From a virus (taxonomy: Duplodnaviria > Caudoviricetes): a DNA stretch of 64,000 nucleotides. The DNA lies in IMG/VR virus record IMGVR_UViG_3300047561_001492, positions 6,103 through 70,102 of that record. One strand, given 5' to 3'. Position 1 is the first letter of the stretch. Each line of letters starts with the position of its first letter. The translations under genes and the position numbers were made by a program. Under the pieces are notes generated by a model. That model was not told the origin of the DNA, did not search any database, and saw only the letters and a program-made list of their open reading frames with translations. Of the stretch, positions 41,584 through 52,119 are shown piece after piece.

Positions 41584-43500
41584 TTATTCTATTCTACTAT
41601 GATAAAGAAGAATTGCTGTTTTATAATCTACACCATATTCTTCAGCAATAGCTTGAATTTCATTCATATTTACAGTTATTTCTACTGGTTTGTTAATATA
41701 ATTTTCAATTTTATTTGACCAATCTTTTGGATTTTCATTAGTAGCTATAGTTTCGGCTACAGTTTTAATAATATCTTTTTGCTCTTTAGAAAGATTTTTT
41801 CTACTATATTTTTCTTTTAAATACGTACCAACTGATTCTACAAGTTGATCAAATTTTATTAAATTTTTAGCAACAAGATCTGCATTTACTTTGGGTTTTT
41901 CTTCACTAGCTTTTACACCAATTTTTCCAGGAGTTTTCGTAGTTTGTGGAGTTCCTGTTCCAGCTGGACGACCAGTTGGAGCGGCACTAGCGCCAGCACC
42001 TATTTGTGGTTTATTTAAAAGCGGACGATATAACCCATCCTCATCCTGTAATTTAATAAATTCTTTTTGAGATTTAATACTCTCGTCTGGAAGTGGCAAA
42101 CGTCCAGTATCAATAGCGGTAAGACCCTCTTCTGGAGTTAAAACTCCGAGTTCAATAAGCCTAGAATAAGTACGTGTTAAATTTACATCACTCTTGAAAT
42201 CAGCATCTTTAAATCTTGGAGTTGGAATATTTTTAAAGCCCAAATCTTTGCTAATCTTCTTCATTTCTGGAATTAAGAATTCGTTCATAAAAGTCTCGCG
42301 CGCGTGTTTTAAGCGAGAAAGAAAGACTTCTATTTTAGTACTAGTATTAGCGTATTTTTCTTCACCAAAAAGTACGTTATTAAGACCATAACGAATATCA
42401 CGATCTACTACTTCATATTTTCTAGGATCAAGAATCTGTCCAATTTCTGGAATAATAAATTTAATATTCGTAGTATAATCGGTGACGAGAATACGACCAA
42501 CACTTTCATTTTCAAATATTTTCCTAAGAGTACCTATCTGTTCTTTGGTTGGCATACCAATCTCATCGTTACCCATCGTTACAAGAAGTACGGTTTGTTG
42601 AATAGTACGACTAATAGCCATATCCATATTTTTTAATTCTTGTTTCCAGTTAATATCTTCTAAAACTGGAAATCCCATAGGAATAGCAAATGGCTCATAA
42701 TCTTGCTTTTTATAGAATACTGGAATAAATCTTTCGGGTTCTAATTCAAAAACCATATACTGATTAGTCATACTAATATTAGTTTTATCCTGTAGATCCT
42801 TGATATTTTTAACTCGCATTGATAATGCTTTATCTTCTTCAGAGCTAGGATTTGTCAAAACTTGCATTTCAAAATCATTTAATATTTTAATATATTTAGG
42901 ACTAATAAATGAAGCCGATCCAATAGCTTGAATATCAGCAGGATTTAAAACTATATAGCGAATAGGAACCTCGCCTGCGCGCGCCTCTGTAGTAATTAAA
43001 TCCGAAATAACACGCATGTCTTGCTTTGTAAATGCCGCATTTAATTTATATAAAAAGACATTACCACTTCTATAAAATTCACGGAAGAACATATCCTGTA
43101 ATTTCCATAAATTAACTCTGTCACCCCATGCTTGGAAGAACTTACGAGATTGCTCATTTCCACCTGTAAAATAAATAGGTGAACAGCTAAACTCAGTCAT
43201 TAAATCAATTGTATTTCTAAAAATTGAAAAATTGTAATAGGCTTTTTGACAGAGAATAATGGTATCACGAATACTAATATTAGAATTATATCGACCATGT
43301 CCACCACCATAAGTGAATGGGATTACCCCGCCTTCGATATTAGAATATTTATCAGTTCTAGAAATAGTTGTAGAACGATTCCTTCTCATAGAAGAAGTCG
43401 ATTCTCCACGACTAGCTTTTACTTCAATAGAATTATTATATTTTACCGAACCTTCAATCATCTCTGGCTCTGGAAATTTTACATTTTTAGTATTCGCCAT
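41584..43500 (-). CDS. Portal protein (638 aa)
   Basis: Directly after TerL; 'FRNTIDLMTEFS', 'FFREFYRSGNVFLY', 'YAIPMGFPVLEDI'-like segment, P/G-rich C-terminal tail. Confidence 0.85.
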   Translation of the reverse strand: MANTKNVKFPEPEMIEGSVKYNNSIEVKASRGESTSSMRRNRSTTISRTDKYSNIEGGVIPFTYGGGHGRYNSNISIRDTIILCQKAYYNFSIFRNTIDLMTEFSCSPIYFTGGNEQSRKFFQAWGDRVNLWKLQDMFFREFYRSGNVFLYKLNAAFTKQDMRVISDLITTEARAGEVPIRYIVLNPADIQAIGSASFISPKYIKILNDFEMQVLTNPSSEEDKALSMRVKNIKDLQDKTNISMTNQYMVFELEPERFIPVFYKKQDYEPFAIPMGFPVLEDINWKQELKNMDMAISRTIQQTVLLVTMGNDEIGMPTKEQIGTLRKIFENESVGRILVTDYTTNIKFIIPEIGQILDPRKYEVVDRDIRYGLNNVLFGEEKYANTSTKIEVFLSRLKHARETFMNEFLIPEMKKISKDLGFKNIPTPRFKDADFKSDVNLTRTYSRLIELGVLTPEEGLTAIDTGRLPLPDESIKSQKEFIKLQDEDGLYRPLLNKPQIGAGASAAPTGRPAGTGTPQTTKTPGKIGVKASEEKPKVNADLVAKNLIKFDQLVESVGTYLKEKYSRKNLSKEQKDIIKTVAETIATNENPKDWSNKIENYINKPVEITVNMNEIQAIAEEYGVDYKTAILLYHSRIE

Positions 43501-43539
43501 AATTTATTATAATAGTTTATTACACCAAAATCTTATTTA

Positions 43540-45444
43540 TTAGATAAGTTCCGCAACAAATTGTACATTTTTTTTAATAAAATTTTCTGGAGCCATTAAA
43601 TCAAAATAAATTTTTACTCCCCAATTACCTAACATTAGGGTGGTATAGTTATCTTTTCTAGCACGATTAATACTTGTTGACTTTCTAAGATGGGACGGCA
43701 AATCAAAACTCTGAGTTCCTCTTGAAGTAGTACTCACCTCTACATTTGCACACTGATCTTTAGTATCTTGTATAATAAAATCCTGCTGTTCAATAAATTC
43801 TCTTACTGTTAATTTTTTTGTTTCGTATTCATTATCAGCCTTTTCCCCGATACCTTTTGGATAAATATATTCCATTGGAAGATTCATAGAAAATATATTC
43901 TCAAGAATATCTGGATGATTGCTCGCGCGCGAGGCGAACCAAATCTTTTTATGATCAATACAAGTTTGTAAATATGAGTTAGCTCTACCTAAAAATGCCG
44001 AAGTAAAGAATTGTTTAACACAAATTGTTCCGAAATCTTTATTATACTGACGGGCACAATCTTTTACCATGCTAGTATAATCTTCATTTTCTTTATCAGA
44101 GTCAAAGTCTATAAAACCAATTTTACGATTTGCCGCTTTCATGTATTCAGAGTTATTAACTGCATCTATAAAAGTATCTGCACCAGCATGGTCAATAACA
44201 ATTAAATCAATATTAAAGTTTTTATATAAATAATAAAAATATTTAATGTGATCCTGTAGCGAAGATCCTGCCGCTTGATATCCGTGAACAAGTACGCCCT
44301 GTTTTTTTTCTTCGTCTAATTCAATAACACTCATTGCAAAATAGTCAGCAGTTTTAGATGAGCTAAAGTTTGGATCGACAGATAGTATATATTTTTTATC
44401 CATATCTCCTATAACTTTTGTAGTTGGATATTCTCCATCTGGAATTGTACATCCGTACATTTTTTTAGGTGAAAAATAACTGTCCCCACCGTCAATAAAA
44501 CGCGCACAATATTCACGAAGGAATGAATGGTGAGAACTTCCGCCACTTTTAGCAACTTGGATAGCTCCTTGATCTACCATATGTTGTGGTAGCGCTTCAT
44601 AACTTAATTGTGAAATAAAATATGTTCCAGGAAGTTCCCCCTCTTTAGAATCTTGTTCGTCTGGATTCTCTACTAAGTGTGACCATTGTTGATGAACGCG
44701 AAATAAATGCTCAAAAGTATAACTAGCAGAACTCAAACATAACATTTGAGATGTATTTTCAAATATATGCTTATTATCAGAATTTAATAAACCTTTTTTA
44801 ATTAATTCATCTTCTAATTTTCTAATACGAATACGTTCTCCGACATCTCTGGGGGAACTCAAAAATGGAATAAGAACATTATCAATAATATCTGGGGGTA
44901 ATAGTAAAAACTCATCTAGAATAAGTACGTTAGCACGAATACCACGAATTTTTTCTCCAGTTAGTGGGATGGCTGTAATACTTCCACCATTTATTTGCCA
45001 TTCGTACTGGTCATTGCGTTTGCTTTTTAGACCAAAGCATTGTCGCGCAAGTGCTGCCTCTGGAGACATTAAGAATTTTTCAATTTCATTAAAAACACGA
45101 CGACTAGTACGAAAGTTAATAGATGCAATAAGTATTTTAGTCCCAGGCTCTAACATGCATTTAAGAATACAATATATTGCAGCACAAAAACTCTTTGCAC
45201 CGCCACGACCCCATACTAACATACAATAGTTTCTATTAAAAAAAGAGTTAAGTGTTAATTCTTGATAAGCTTCTAAGGTTAAACCTAATGATAACTCCGT
45301 GGTAAAACCAAGATTATATCTTAAAAATTTGGCAAGACTAATCCGCGCTTCTTCGTCAGTTAAGTCACCCTTTAAATTGAGTAACTCTTGATTGACGTTA
45401 GCTAATGGCTTAGATTTTTTTTGATTTCCTACAATGAGTGCCAT
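43540..45444 (-). CDS. terL: Terminase large subunit (634 aa)
   Basis: Walker A 'WGRGGAKS', 'IRGIRANVLILDE' Walker B, 'LSSAS' motif III, nuclease 'SVDPNF...DYFA', 'RKDNY'. Confidence 0.95.
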   Translation of the reverse strand: MALIVGNQKKSKPLANVNQELLNLKGDLTDEEARISLAKFLRYNLGFTTELSLGLTLEAYQELTLNSFFNRNYCMLVWGRGGAKSFCAAIYCILKCMLEPGTKILIASINFRTSRRVFNEIEKFLMSPEAALARQCFGLKSKRNDQYEWQINGGSITAIPLTGEKIRGIRANVLILDEFLLLPPDIIDNVLIPFLSSPRDVGERIRIRKLEDELIKKGLLNSDNKHIFENTSQMLCLSSASYTFEHLFRVHQQWSHLVENPDEQDSKEGELPGTYFISQLSYEALPQHMVDQGAIQVAKSGGSSHHSFLREYCARFIDGGDSYFSPKKMYGCTIPDGEYPTTKVIGDMDKKYILSVDPNFSSSKTADYFAMSVIELDEEKKQGVLVHGYQAAGSSLQDHIKYFYYLYKNFNIDLIVIDHAGADTFIDAVNNSEYMKAANRKIGFIDFDSDKENEDYTSMVKDCARQYNKDFGTICVKQFFTSAFLGRANSYLQTCIDHKKIWFASRASNHPDILENIFSMNLPMEYIYPKGIGEKADNEYETKKLTVREFIEQQDFIIQDTKDQCANVEVSTTSRGTQSFDLPSHLRKSTSINRARKDNYTTLMLGNWGVKIYFDLMAPENFIKKNVQFVAELI

Positions 45445-46361
45445 GTTGTGTCAAAATAATATTGCAAATCTATACTAAATGCTTGCGTATCCATTTCTAA
45501 AATATGAAGAGTTTTTTCCATAGCTTCTTGACGCCCATCACAAAATACAAATTGTATATTATTATAATTTCTTAAAATTTGGCGCATATTATGAGCAATA
45601 AAATCTCCCGAAGCCTTAGAAAATTTTTGTTTTTGATATAGCATATTATTTAAAGTAGATTCTACGACCACAACAATATAACCATTAATTTTTTTAGCAC
45701 GTTGAATTTCTTTTTCAAATCTTTCGCGTCCGCCACTTAGTGTACCAAAAAGATCTGCGAGACTTTTACGTTCTACTGATAATTTATTATTTGGATGTAC
45801 AGAATAATCTCCATATTCTAATTTTGATTCGATAACAACTTTATCTTTAAAATTAAACGGCTTTTGCTCGCGTGTATCTATAATTATTTGATCAATAGGA
45901 GTTAAAGTAATATCTTTTTTAATATAATTAAATTTTATTTTTAAATTTATTGATTCACATATTTGATTATATGTAAGTCCCGAGAATCCTTCCATACTAC
46001 TAACTGGAATTAAACAACCGATTGTTTGGCATTCAACTTGAGATGGGGCGTATTCTAAATTTTTTAATCTTGTATATTGTAATAATTTATGTTTAAAATA
46101 ATCAGCACATTCTTCTTTACTTAAAGTCTTTAACCAGCTTTTATAATTCTTTTTATCTTTAAAATCGCAGGTTGTATATTGATCAAAAGTTTTATATTCT
46201 AATTTCTCGCCATTTAAACGATCAATACGCCGATAATGAGATTCGAAATAAGTTTTAGCAGATAACTTATGGTAATTTCTCAAATGATCTTTTAGATCTG
46301 TGAAAAAACCAAAATCATTTCCACAAACCTTGCATTTTAAATACATTTTATTATTATCCAT
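45429..46361 (-). CDS. ERCC4/XPF-type nuclease with N-terminal C2H2 zinc finger (310 aa)
   Basis: 'CKVC...HLRNYH'; 'IIIDTREQ', 'GDYS', 'VERKSLADL' (ERKxxxD). Confidence 0.85.
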   Translation of the reverse strand: MDNNKMYLKCKVCGNDFGFFTDLKDHLRNYHKLSAKTYFESHYRRIDRLNGEKLEYKTFDQYTTCDFKDKKNYKSWLKTLSKEECADYFKHKLLQYTRLKNLEYAPSQVECQTIGCLIPVSSMEGFSGLTYNQICESINLKIKFNYIKKDITLTPIDQIIIDTREQKPFNFKDKVVIESKLEYGDYSVHPNNKLSVERKSLADLFGTLSGGRERFEKEIQRAKKINGYIVVVVESTLNNMLYQKQKFSKASGDFIAHNMRQILRNYNNIQFVFCDGRQEAMEKTLHILEMDTQAFSIDLQYYFDTTWHSL

Positions 46362-46372
46362 ATATAATTATA

Positions 46373-47473
46373 TTAACTATGTACCATTTCATCTATATCA
46401 ATTCCACGGATTACAGCTTTTAACTCGTCCATAGAGGACAGACGTCTAGCTTCGCCCTCTAAATTTTGCTTTTGGGCTTCGGCTAGATGAATAATACTCT
46501 TACGACGTTCCTCGTCTTTCCATGCCTGAACTAAATTTAAAATACTTGCGTTCTCCTGCTTACGTTCTTGTATCTTTTTAGATCTATCGTCTACAAGGGA
46601 TTTATATAATTTATTTTGACGACCCCTACACTGGTTATACTCTGTTTGCAAGTTACTAATAGCTTCATTAAGTTGCATTTTAATATTACGACCCTCTTCC
46701 TCTTCACTTGCCTGTCTTAATGTTTGACGTAAGTCCTCTACTTGCTGAAGAATAGTGGACGCAGTAACAACTTCTGTACATAATACAATAAATTGATCCA
46801 ACTCTTCCTGAGTTAAGTCTTCTTTATCATATGTGTAACGTATAAAAGCATCTTCAAATAATTTTCTATCGTCATCTCGTCTATAAGTATTAATTTGATA
46901 ACAAAAACTAAAAGTATTTAAATATCTTTGTAGAGTATCTACCTGTTTTATTTGTATGGCTTTTAATTTTTCTAATTCCCATCCTAAATTTAAATATCTA
47001 TTAATTCTATAAAGGGTTTGATCAGACCTACGCGGAGGAAAATACTCTCCAATTGGATTATTTCGCTCCTTTGGGACATAAGTATTCATCTCTAAATATG
47101 TAGGGTCTTTCTTCTGAATTATTTCTACATATTTATTGACTTCACGTGCCTCTAGATTTAAATGAGTTAAATTATTATTTTTAAATAATATTTTAGCCAT
47201 ATCCAAATAGTGCTGATTTTTATAATTATTTTCTATAAATTCATGCTGTTCTTTGGTTAATTCGATACGGTCTCTTTGAAATACTGAACGATTTTTATAT
47301 TCAATATTATTATCTAATAGAAATTTTTTAACAATACGCCCCTCCTTACTACGACTATCTATATTTTCATTATTATAAGTATAAGCGGTAATTTCCGTAA
47401 GAGTAGCTTCTGGATTTTTTTTTAAAATTTCTTTTAATCTATTTTGTTGCTCTAATATTAAAATATCATCCAT
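46373..47473 (-). CDS. Hypothetical helical protein, possibly terminase small subunit-related (366 aa)
   Basis: HTH-like N-terminus, coiled-coil C-terminus, two genes upstream of TerL; function is inference. Confidence 0.5.
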   Translation of the reverse strand: MDDILILEQQNRLKEILKKNPEATLTEITAYTYNNENIDSRSKEGRIVKKFLLDNNIEYKNRSVFQRDRIELTKEQHEFIENNYKNQHYLDMAKILFKNNNLTHLNLEAREVNKYVEIIQKKDPTYLEMNTYVPKERNNPIGEYFPPRRSDQTLYRINRYLNLGWELEKLKAIQIKQVDTLQRYLNTFSFCYQINTYRRDDDRKLFEDAFIRYTYDKEDLTQEELDQFIVLCTEVVTASTILQQVEDLRQTLRQASEEEEGRNIKMQLNEAISNLQTEYNQCRGRQNKLYKSLVDDRSKKIQERKQENASILNLVQAWKDEERRKSIIHLAEAQKQNLEGEARRLSSMDELKAVIRGIDIDEMVHS

Positions 47474-48180
47474 TATAAAATCTCCTTTACGATTTGCCTT
47501 GCTTTTTGCAAAATTTTAGATTTAATTTTACTTATTTGTCTATATGCTGGACGACCCTCTTTTAGACTTAATTTATAACCCATCTTTTTAGCTACCTCCT
47601 GGTCATTCAAATTTTGTATAAACATATAATCATAGATTTTCCATTCAATGTTTGTTAAAGATTTTTTCATTAATTCGTTAAAAACAGGGATTATATTTTC
47701 TATATTAAAATCATTTTCAGTATTATGTAATACACTTTCCAATGTTGTTTCTGGATTATCATGATTCGGACTATGTATGCTTAAAGGAAATTTTACATCA
47801 TATGCAGATTTTTTATTTTTCTCCCATTTTTTGTAATCTTTACAACTATTATTTTGAGTCCCATATATAGAACAACCATAATCACCAGTATTAAATACAC
47901 ATTTTAAACACGGTCTTGAAAAATTTGAATAGTGATTTCTCAGCATATTAGTCATTTGGTGATTGATCACCTGACTTAACCATGGGCGTAATGGACGATT
48001 TTGGTCCCATTTCGACCATTTTTTATAAATATGAATCCTAATTCTTTGAGACACATCCTCAAAATCCATCCAAGCTATAGCAGTTAAATGCCAACGATGT
48101 TTTCTTTTTTTTATTTCTGAGTCTATAATATCAATAGAGTCTTCAAAAGAATATTTCGTAACTTTTTTTTTGCTGGGCAT
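47473..48180 (-). CDS. Sigma70/ECF-like sigma factor (235 aa)
   Basis: Region-2-like 'DFEDVSQRIRIHIYKKWSKWDQNRPLRPWLSQVINHQMTNMLR'; region-4-like 'LTNIEWKIYDYMFIQNLNDQEVAKKMG'. Confidence 0.65.
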   Translation of the reverse strand: MPSKKKVTKYSFEDSIDIIDSEIKKRKHRWHLTAIAWMDFEDVSQRIRIHIYKKWSKWDQNRPLRPWLSQVINHQMTNMLRNHYSNFSRPCLKCVFNTGDYGCSIYGTQNNSCKDYKKWEKNKKSAYDVKFPLSIHSPNHDNPETTLESVLHNTENDFNIENIIPVFNELMKKSLTNIEWKIYDYMFIQNLNDQEVAKKMGYKLSLKEGRPAYRQISKIKSKILQKARQIVKEIL

Positions 48181-48183
48181 GAA

Positions 48184-48615
48184 TTATTGGTTTATTCTTA
48201 AAGATCCAGCTTCCTGTTTAAATTCCGCTAAGATTTCTTCATTTGATTTGCTTATATTATTAAATTTTAAATCATTATTTTCCAATGGTTTGGATGGATT
48301 ATCTAATAACGAGCCAAATGTATCTTGAAGTGGTTTATATAAATCTATTTTAAATGCTGGTTTAATATTTTTAAAATTAGCTGGATTTATATATTTATTA
48401 TCATCTAAATTATGGCCATTGCTATTATATAGAATATCATCTTCAATATTAATTGGTTTATTATTTTCCTTGAATTTTAATTCATTTTTATTTATATTAG
48501 TAGGAATGGATTTAGAAGAGGTACTAGCAAAAGATTGTCCACATGCCGAACAGAATTTTGGTAAGTTTAAATTATATGCAGTAGTCTTCCCGCACTTTGA
48601 ACAAAAATATTTCAT
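48184..48615 (-). CDS. Zinc-ribbon domain protein (143 aa)
   Basis: 'CSKCG...PKFCSACG'. Confidence 0.65.
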   Translation of the reverse strand: MKYFCSKCGKTTAYNLNLPKFCSACGQSFASTSSKSIPTNINKNELKFKENNKPINIEDDILYNSNGHNLDDNKYINPANFKNIKPAFKIDLYKPLQDTFGSLLDNPSKPLENNDLKFNNISKSNEEILAEFKQEAGSLRINQ

Positions 48616-48701
48616 ACACTTATTATGAGTGATTTACACAAGAAATTCAAAAATCTCTTTTGATTAATACTTTTATAATTTTACAGTGTAAATTACTATC
48701 G

Positions 48702-49286
48702 ATGTCACTTAATAATTCTGAAGTCCTTAAAATAGTCGAAGAGGACTTAAAAGATTTAGATGGTAAGGTAGTATTTGTTAAAGGTCGCTATTGCGGTGGG
48801 AAAAGTAAATGTTCTGGGCTTTTTTATATGGATGCCAACGATAATCCAATTATTAAAGTGGCGAAAGGCGGATTAAAAGAAACAGAATGGTTCGGAGTAC
48901 TTATTCATGAGTATGCACATTTTTTACAGTGGCGTGACGACACTAAAATATGGAATAACTATTGTGATTATGATATTACATATAGTCAAATATTAATAAA
49001 GCCAGATAAGTATAAAAAAGAATTATTGGCATTAATGAATCTAGAATTAGATTGTGAAAAACGCGCATATAAAATTATTAAAAATAATAAATTATTTGAT
49101 TATAAAGAATATGCGCAAAATGCCAATAGCATATTATATAAATATGCTTTTTTATATAATTATAATAATTGGCCAGACGATAACAGGAAATATCGTAAGG
49201 TCCAAAAGATTTGCCCAACTAAATTACTTAATAACGTAAAAGATTATCTAGATATCCCCGTTGATATCGTGAAAATTTACGGTTAA
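48702..49286 (+). CDS. HExxH metallopeptidase-like protein (~194 aa; start likely 48702)
   Basis: 'LIHEYAHFLQW' plus downstream 'ELDCE'; GTGTAA at 48686-48691 precedes ATG 48702. Confidence 0.65.
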   Translation: MSLNNSEVLKIVEEDLKDLDGKVVFVKGRYCGGKSKCSGLFYMDANDNPIIKVAKGGLKETEWFGVLIHEYAHFLQWRDDTKIWNNYCDYDITYSQILIKPDKYKKELLALMNLELDCEKRAYKIIKNNKLFDYKEYAQNANSILYKYAFLYNYNNWPDDNRKYRKVQKICPTKLLNNVKDYLDIPVDIVKIYG

Positions 49287-50012
49287 TTATTTTTTTAAAT
49301 TTTCAAACTGTTCAATTATATAGGATAATATTTCAGAACGGACAATGTCTTCTTTTCCAAATTCAAACGTATGGATTCCGTTATTTTTTGATTCGTCTGT
49401 ATCAAATAAATCATAAACCTTACAAAAACCACTTTGTTTAATATCGGATTGTTGAGCATCTCCACAAATAAAAAGAGTGGAAAATGTTGCCATACGAGTC
49501 ATAACTAGAAGAAAGTCTTCAACACGGCAATTTTGCGCCTCGTCCATAATAAATGTAGCATTAGAGATATTAAGTCCACGAAGAAATCCTAAAGGAACGC
49601 CAATAATTCTTTCGTCCATCATTAGAGACTTAACGTGTGGAACTGGAAGTAACTCGTTTAATTTATCTACTAATGGTTGTGTATATGGGGACATTTTTTC
49701 TTCTGATGTACCCTTTATATAACCAATACCATGAACAGACGCCTCAACTGGAACACGACTATAATATATTTCGCTAGCTTTTTTATCTTTAATCAAGCGT
49801 AAAGCGCTATAAACGGCCAAAATAGTTTTAGCAGTTCCAGCAACACCTTTTAGAATAATTACTTTAGTATCTTTGTGCAAGGCTAAGTCAATAAACTGTT
49901 TTTGTTTATCGGTCCAAGGCAATTCACGGATACTAAGATCTATGGTTACTTTTGTTTTTTTCTTCTCAGTATATGGAGAAACGTCACGGGTTTTTTCTTG
50001 TTTTTTTTTCAT
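49287..50012 (-). CDS. phoH: PhoH-family ATPase (~241 aa; ORF track extends it to GTG 50024)
   Basis: 'GVAGTAKT', 'IGYIKG', 'PLGFLRGLN', 'IMDEAQN', 'GDAQQSD', 'DIVRS'. Confidence 0.9.
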   Translation of the reverse strand: MKKKQEKTRDVSPYTEKKKTKVTIDLSIRELPWTDKQKQFIDLALHKDTKVIILKGVAGTAKTILAVYSALRLIKDKKASEIYYSRVPVEASVHGIGYIKGTSEEKMSPYTQPLVDKLNELLPVPHVKSLMMDERIIGVPLGFLRGLNISNATFIMDEAQNCRVEDFLLVMTRMATFSTLFICGDAQQSDIKQSGFCKVYDLFDTDESKNNGIHTFEFGKEDIVRSEILSYIIEQFENLKK

Positions 50013-50037
50013 GTTATACCACAAATTAACACTACTA

Positions 50038-50253
50038 TTAATTACACTTTTTGGCGCTTGGACACTTTTTAATTCCTGTCTTATGATTTTTTTGTTTTTT
50101 TATTTTTTTAAGCTCTCTAACCAATCGTTTTTCACATAATTTACAATAAAATGAAAATCCTTCATCACCATGTATATCTATTGAGAACTTTTCAAGTGAT
50201 AACCTATGGCCGCAAAGTGTGCATACTTTATCATGAATCGAATTCGAAGGCAT
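50038..50253 (-). CDS. Small Cys4 zinc-binding protein (71 aa)
   Basis: 'KVCTLC...F...CKLC' motif common in phage proteins. Confidence 0.55.
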   Translation of the reverse strand: MPSNSIHDKVCTLCGHRLSLEKFSIDIHGDEGFSFYCKLCEKRLVRELKKIKKQKNHKTGIKKCPSAKKCN

Positions 50254-50273
50254 TATTTTTTATATATTAAATA

Positions 50274-50528
50274 TTATAGTAATTTTATCATGTATTCGTC
50301 CTCAGTTATTTGAGTCAATTGACTGATACAGATTTCCGCTGCAGGATCTTCGCAAATTGATAATTTGATAGCAATATAAATTAATCCATCAGACATTGGC
50401 TCGATTTCAACTGGAAGTACGTGCGTGGCACTACCATTTTCTATATATTTACTATATAATTCCGTGTCAACGCAGGATTGCACTTGTGCGTATATTTCTG
50501 GAGTTGATTTGTAAAAGTTATGTGTCAT
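50274..50528 (-). CDS. Hypothetical protein (84 aa; start 50528)
   Basis: ATGA overlap with the stop of 50525..51298. Confidence 0.6.
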   Translation of the reverse strand: MTHNFYKSTPEIYAQVQSCVDTELYSKYIENGSATHVLPVEIEPMSDGLIYIAIKLSICEDPAAEICISQLTQITEDEYMIKLL

Positions 50529-51298
50529 AGTGTTAATCCCCATTTATTTGCTAAATATTGTAATACTAAATTTTGTTGTTCAACTGTATGTTCTGTGCCA
50601 GCATAAACAAGAATTTCATAAATAGTCCCTTTCAGAAACTGGCTGCCATATGTATTATTATGACTACCTACGAAAAAAGATGTTTCCGTATTTCCTGCTT
50701 GACCAAGACTAGCAACGTACTCATCTAAATTACCATTTTTAATAATTGCCTCATCATTATTTAAAAAAATACATGCAATAGCAGTTTTTTTATTATTAAC
50801 ATTCGAAGTAATATATTGATTATCTGGATTTGCTGCGGCAAGAATTCCAGTATAATTTACTGAAAAAACATATGGTGCAATTCCTGGATTCGCACTTGAT
50901 TGTTTTATTATTACTGCAGGGGGTAAATTAGTTAATATATTATTAACAGAAATAGAATCTATAGCTAGATAATAATTTAATGGACTATTTAAAGCACTTG
51001 GATTCGCACCTCCTAGCACATCACCCCCATCAAATTTTACACCCCCATTAAAAAATGTAGGCTGTTTATTACTACTAGTTTGTTGCAAAGTAATACTATT
51101 AATGCGACTAGTCCAAAGACTAACTGAACCACCATTTTGTGCTAAATTATTAACATTCGTATAAACGCCATAATCCGCACTAAACCACGAGGATAAACCC
51201 GGCACGTCGGTCGGCCAAAAAGCAGGGCGAAATGCTACCATATTGTTCGCTCCAGAACTAAAAATTAAACTTTGATTGCCTCCAATAACAACATTCAT
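50525..51298 (-). CDS. LamG-like domain protein (257 aa), same family as 30109..30810
   Basis: 'LSSWFSADYGV...VSLWTSR...PTF...FDG.D...GTIYEILVY'; GTGTAA box at 51312-51317. Confidence 0.65.
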   Translation of the reverse strand: MNVVIGGNQSLIFSSGANNMVAFRPAFWPTDVPGLSSWFSADYGVYTNVNNLAQNGGSVSLWTSRINSITLQQTSSNKQPTFFNGGVKFDGGDVLGGANPSALNSPLNYYLAIDSISVNNILTNLPPAVIIKQSSANPGIAPYVFSVNYTGILAAANPDNQYITSNVNNKKTAIACIFLNNDEAIIKNGNLDEYVASLGQAGNTETSFFVGSHNNTYGSQFLKGTIYEILVYAGTEHTVEQQNLVLQYLANKWGLTL

Positions 51299-51377
51299 AC
51301 AGTATATGGTATTACACTAGCTATTTAGAATATAAACTATCTTTATAGAATTAGACTTTTTATATATAAATAATTTT

Positions 51378-52118
51378 TTAAAAATTTATCATTTTAGGGT
51401 TTATATAAATATTACCACCATTCGCTACAATACCCTGGTTTAAACCAATATGTTCACATTGTTGTTGCCATTTACTATTATTTAATATGCCATTATATTG
51501 GCATCCATGCAAAAATTTTGTTTTATATAGAGCTAATCCACCAAAACAAGACTTTACTTTTATGGGCGGCGTTTCAATAGGAATATTATGAAATTTTTGT
51601 AGAATACATTCATCTATACTTTTGCCATCAATATGTACGCATGACCAACAATCATAAGGCATCCAATCATCATACGTTCTTAAAGTCCATAAATCGTAAT
51701 ATACATGTGATTGATTAGCTCCTAAAACAGCCCAATCTAAATTTATATCAAAACAAGATAGAAATCCCTCTTTAGTCAAACCCACATTTACATAATCCAT
51801 ATCTATACATATCATATAGTCAGAATTAAATTCTAAAGCATGTTTTAATAATGTGTTTCTAACATATGCTAAATTATGAGTACGATGTGGAGAATTTAAA
51901 TTTTTTTCTATAATAATATTAACATTATTATTATTTTTTTGCCAATTTAATAAAATATCAGCAGTTTTATCTTCACTATCATTTTCAAAAATAATTATTT
52001 TACTTTTTAGAAAAAGATTACTTAACATTTCTATTTTATGAATTATAGTTGGTAAAAATTCCTCTACATTTTTAGCCGCGCCAACAATTACTACAGAACT
52101 ATTATAATTATTTAACAT
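51378..52118 (-). CDS. GT-A fold glycosyltransferase (GT2/CAP59-like, 246 aa)
   Basis: 'VIVGAAKNVEEFL', 'IIFENDSEDKT', 'LAYVRN', DxD 'CIDMD', 'VKSCFGGLALY', 'CEH'. Confidence 0.7.
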   Translation of the reverse strand: MLNNYNSSVVIVGAAKNVEEFLPTIIHKIEMLSNLFLKSKIIIFENDSEDKTADILLNWQKNNNNVNIIIEKNLNSPHRTHNLAYVRNTLLKHALEFNSDYMICIDMDYVNVGLTKEGFLSCFDINLDWAVLGANQSHVYYDLWTLRTYDDWMPYDCWSCVHIDGKSIDECILQKFHNIPIETPPIKVKSCFGGLALYKTKFLHGCQYNGILNNSKWQQQCEHIGLNQGIVANGGNIYINPKMINF

Positions 52119-52119
52119 A

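Noticed and set aside
43540-45444. Intein or intron in terL
   Set aside because: Ordinary length, motifs in order, no intein terminal or LAGLIDADG motifs seen.
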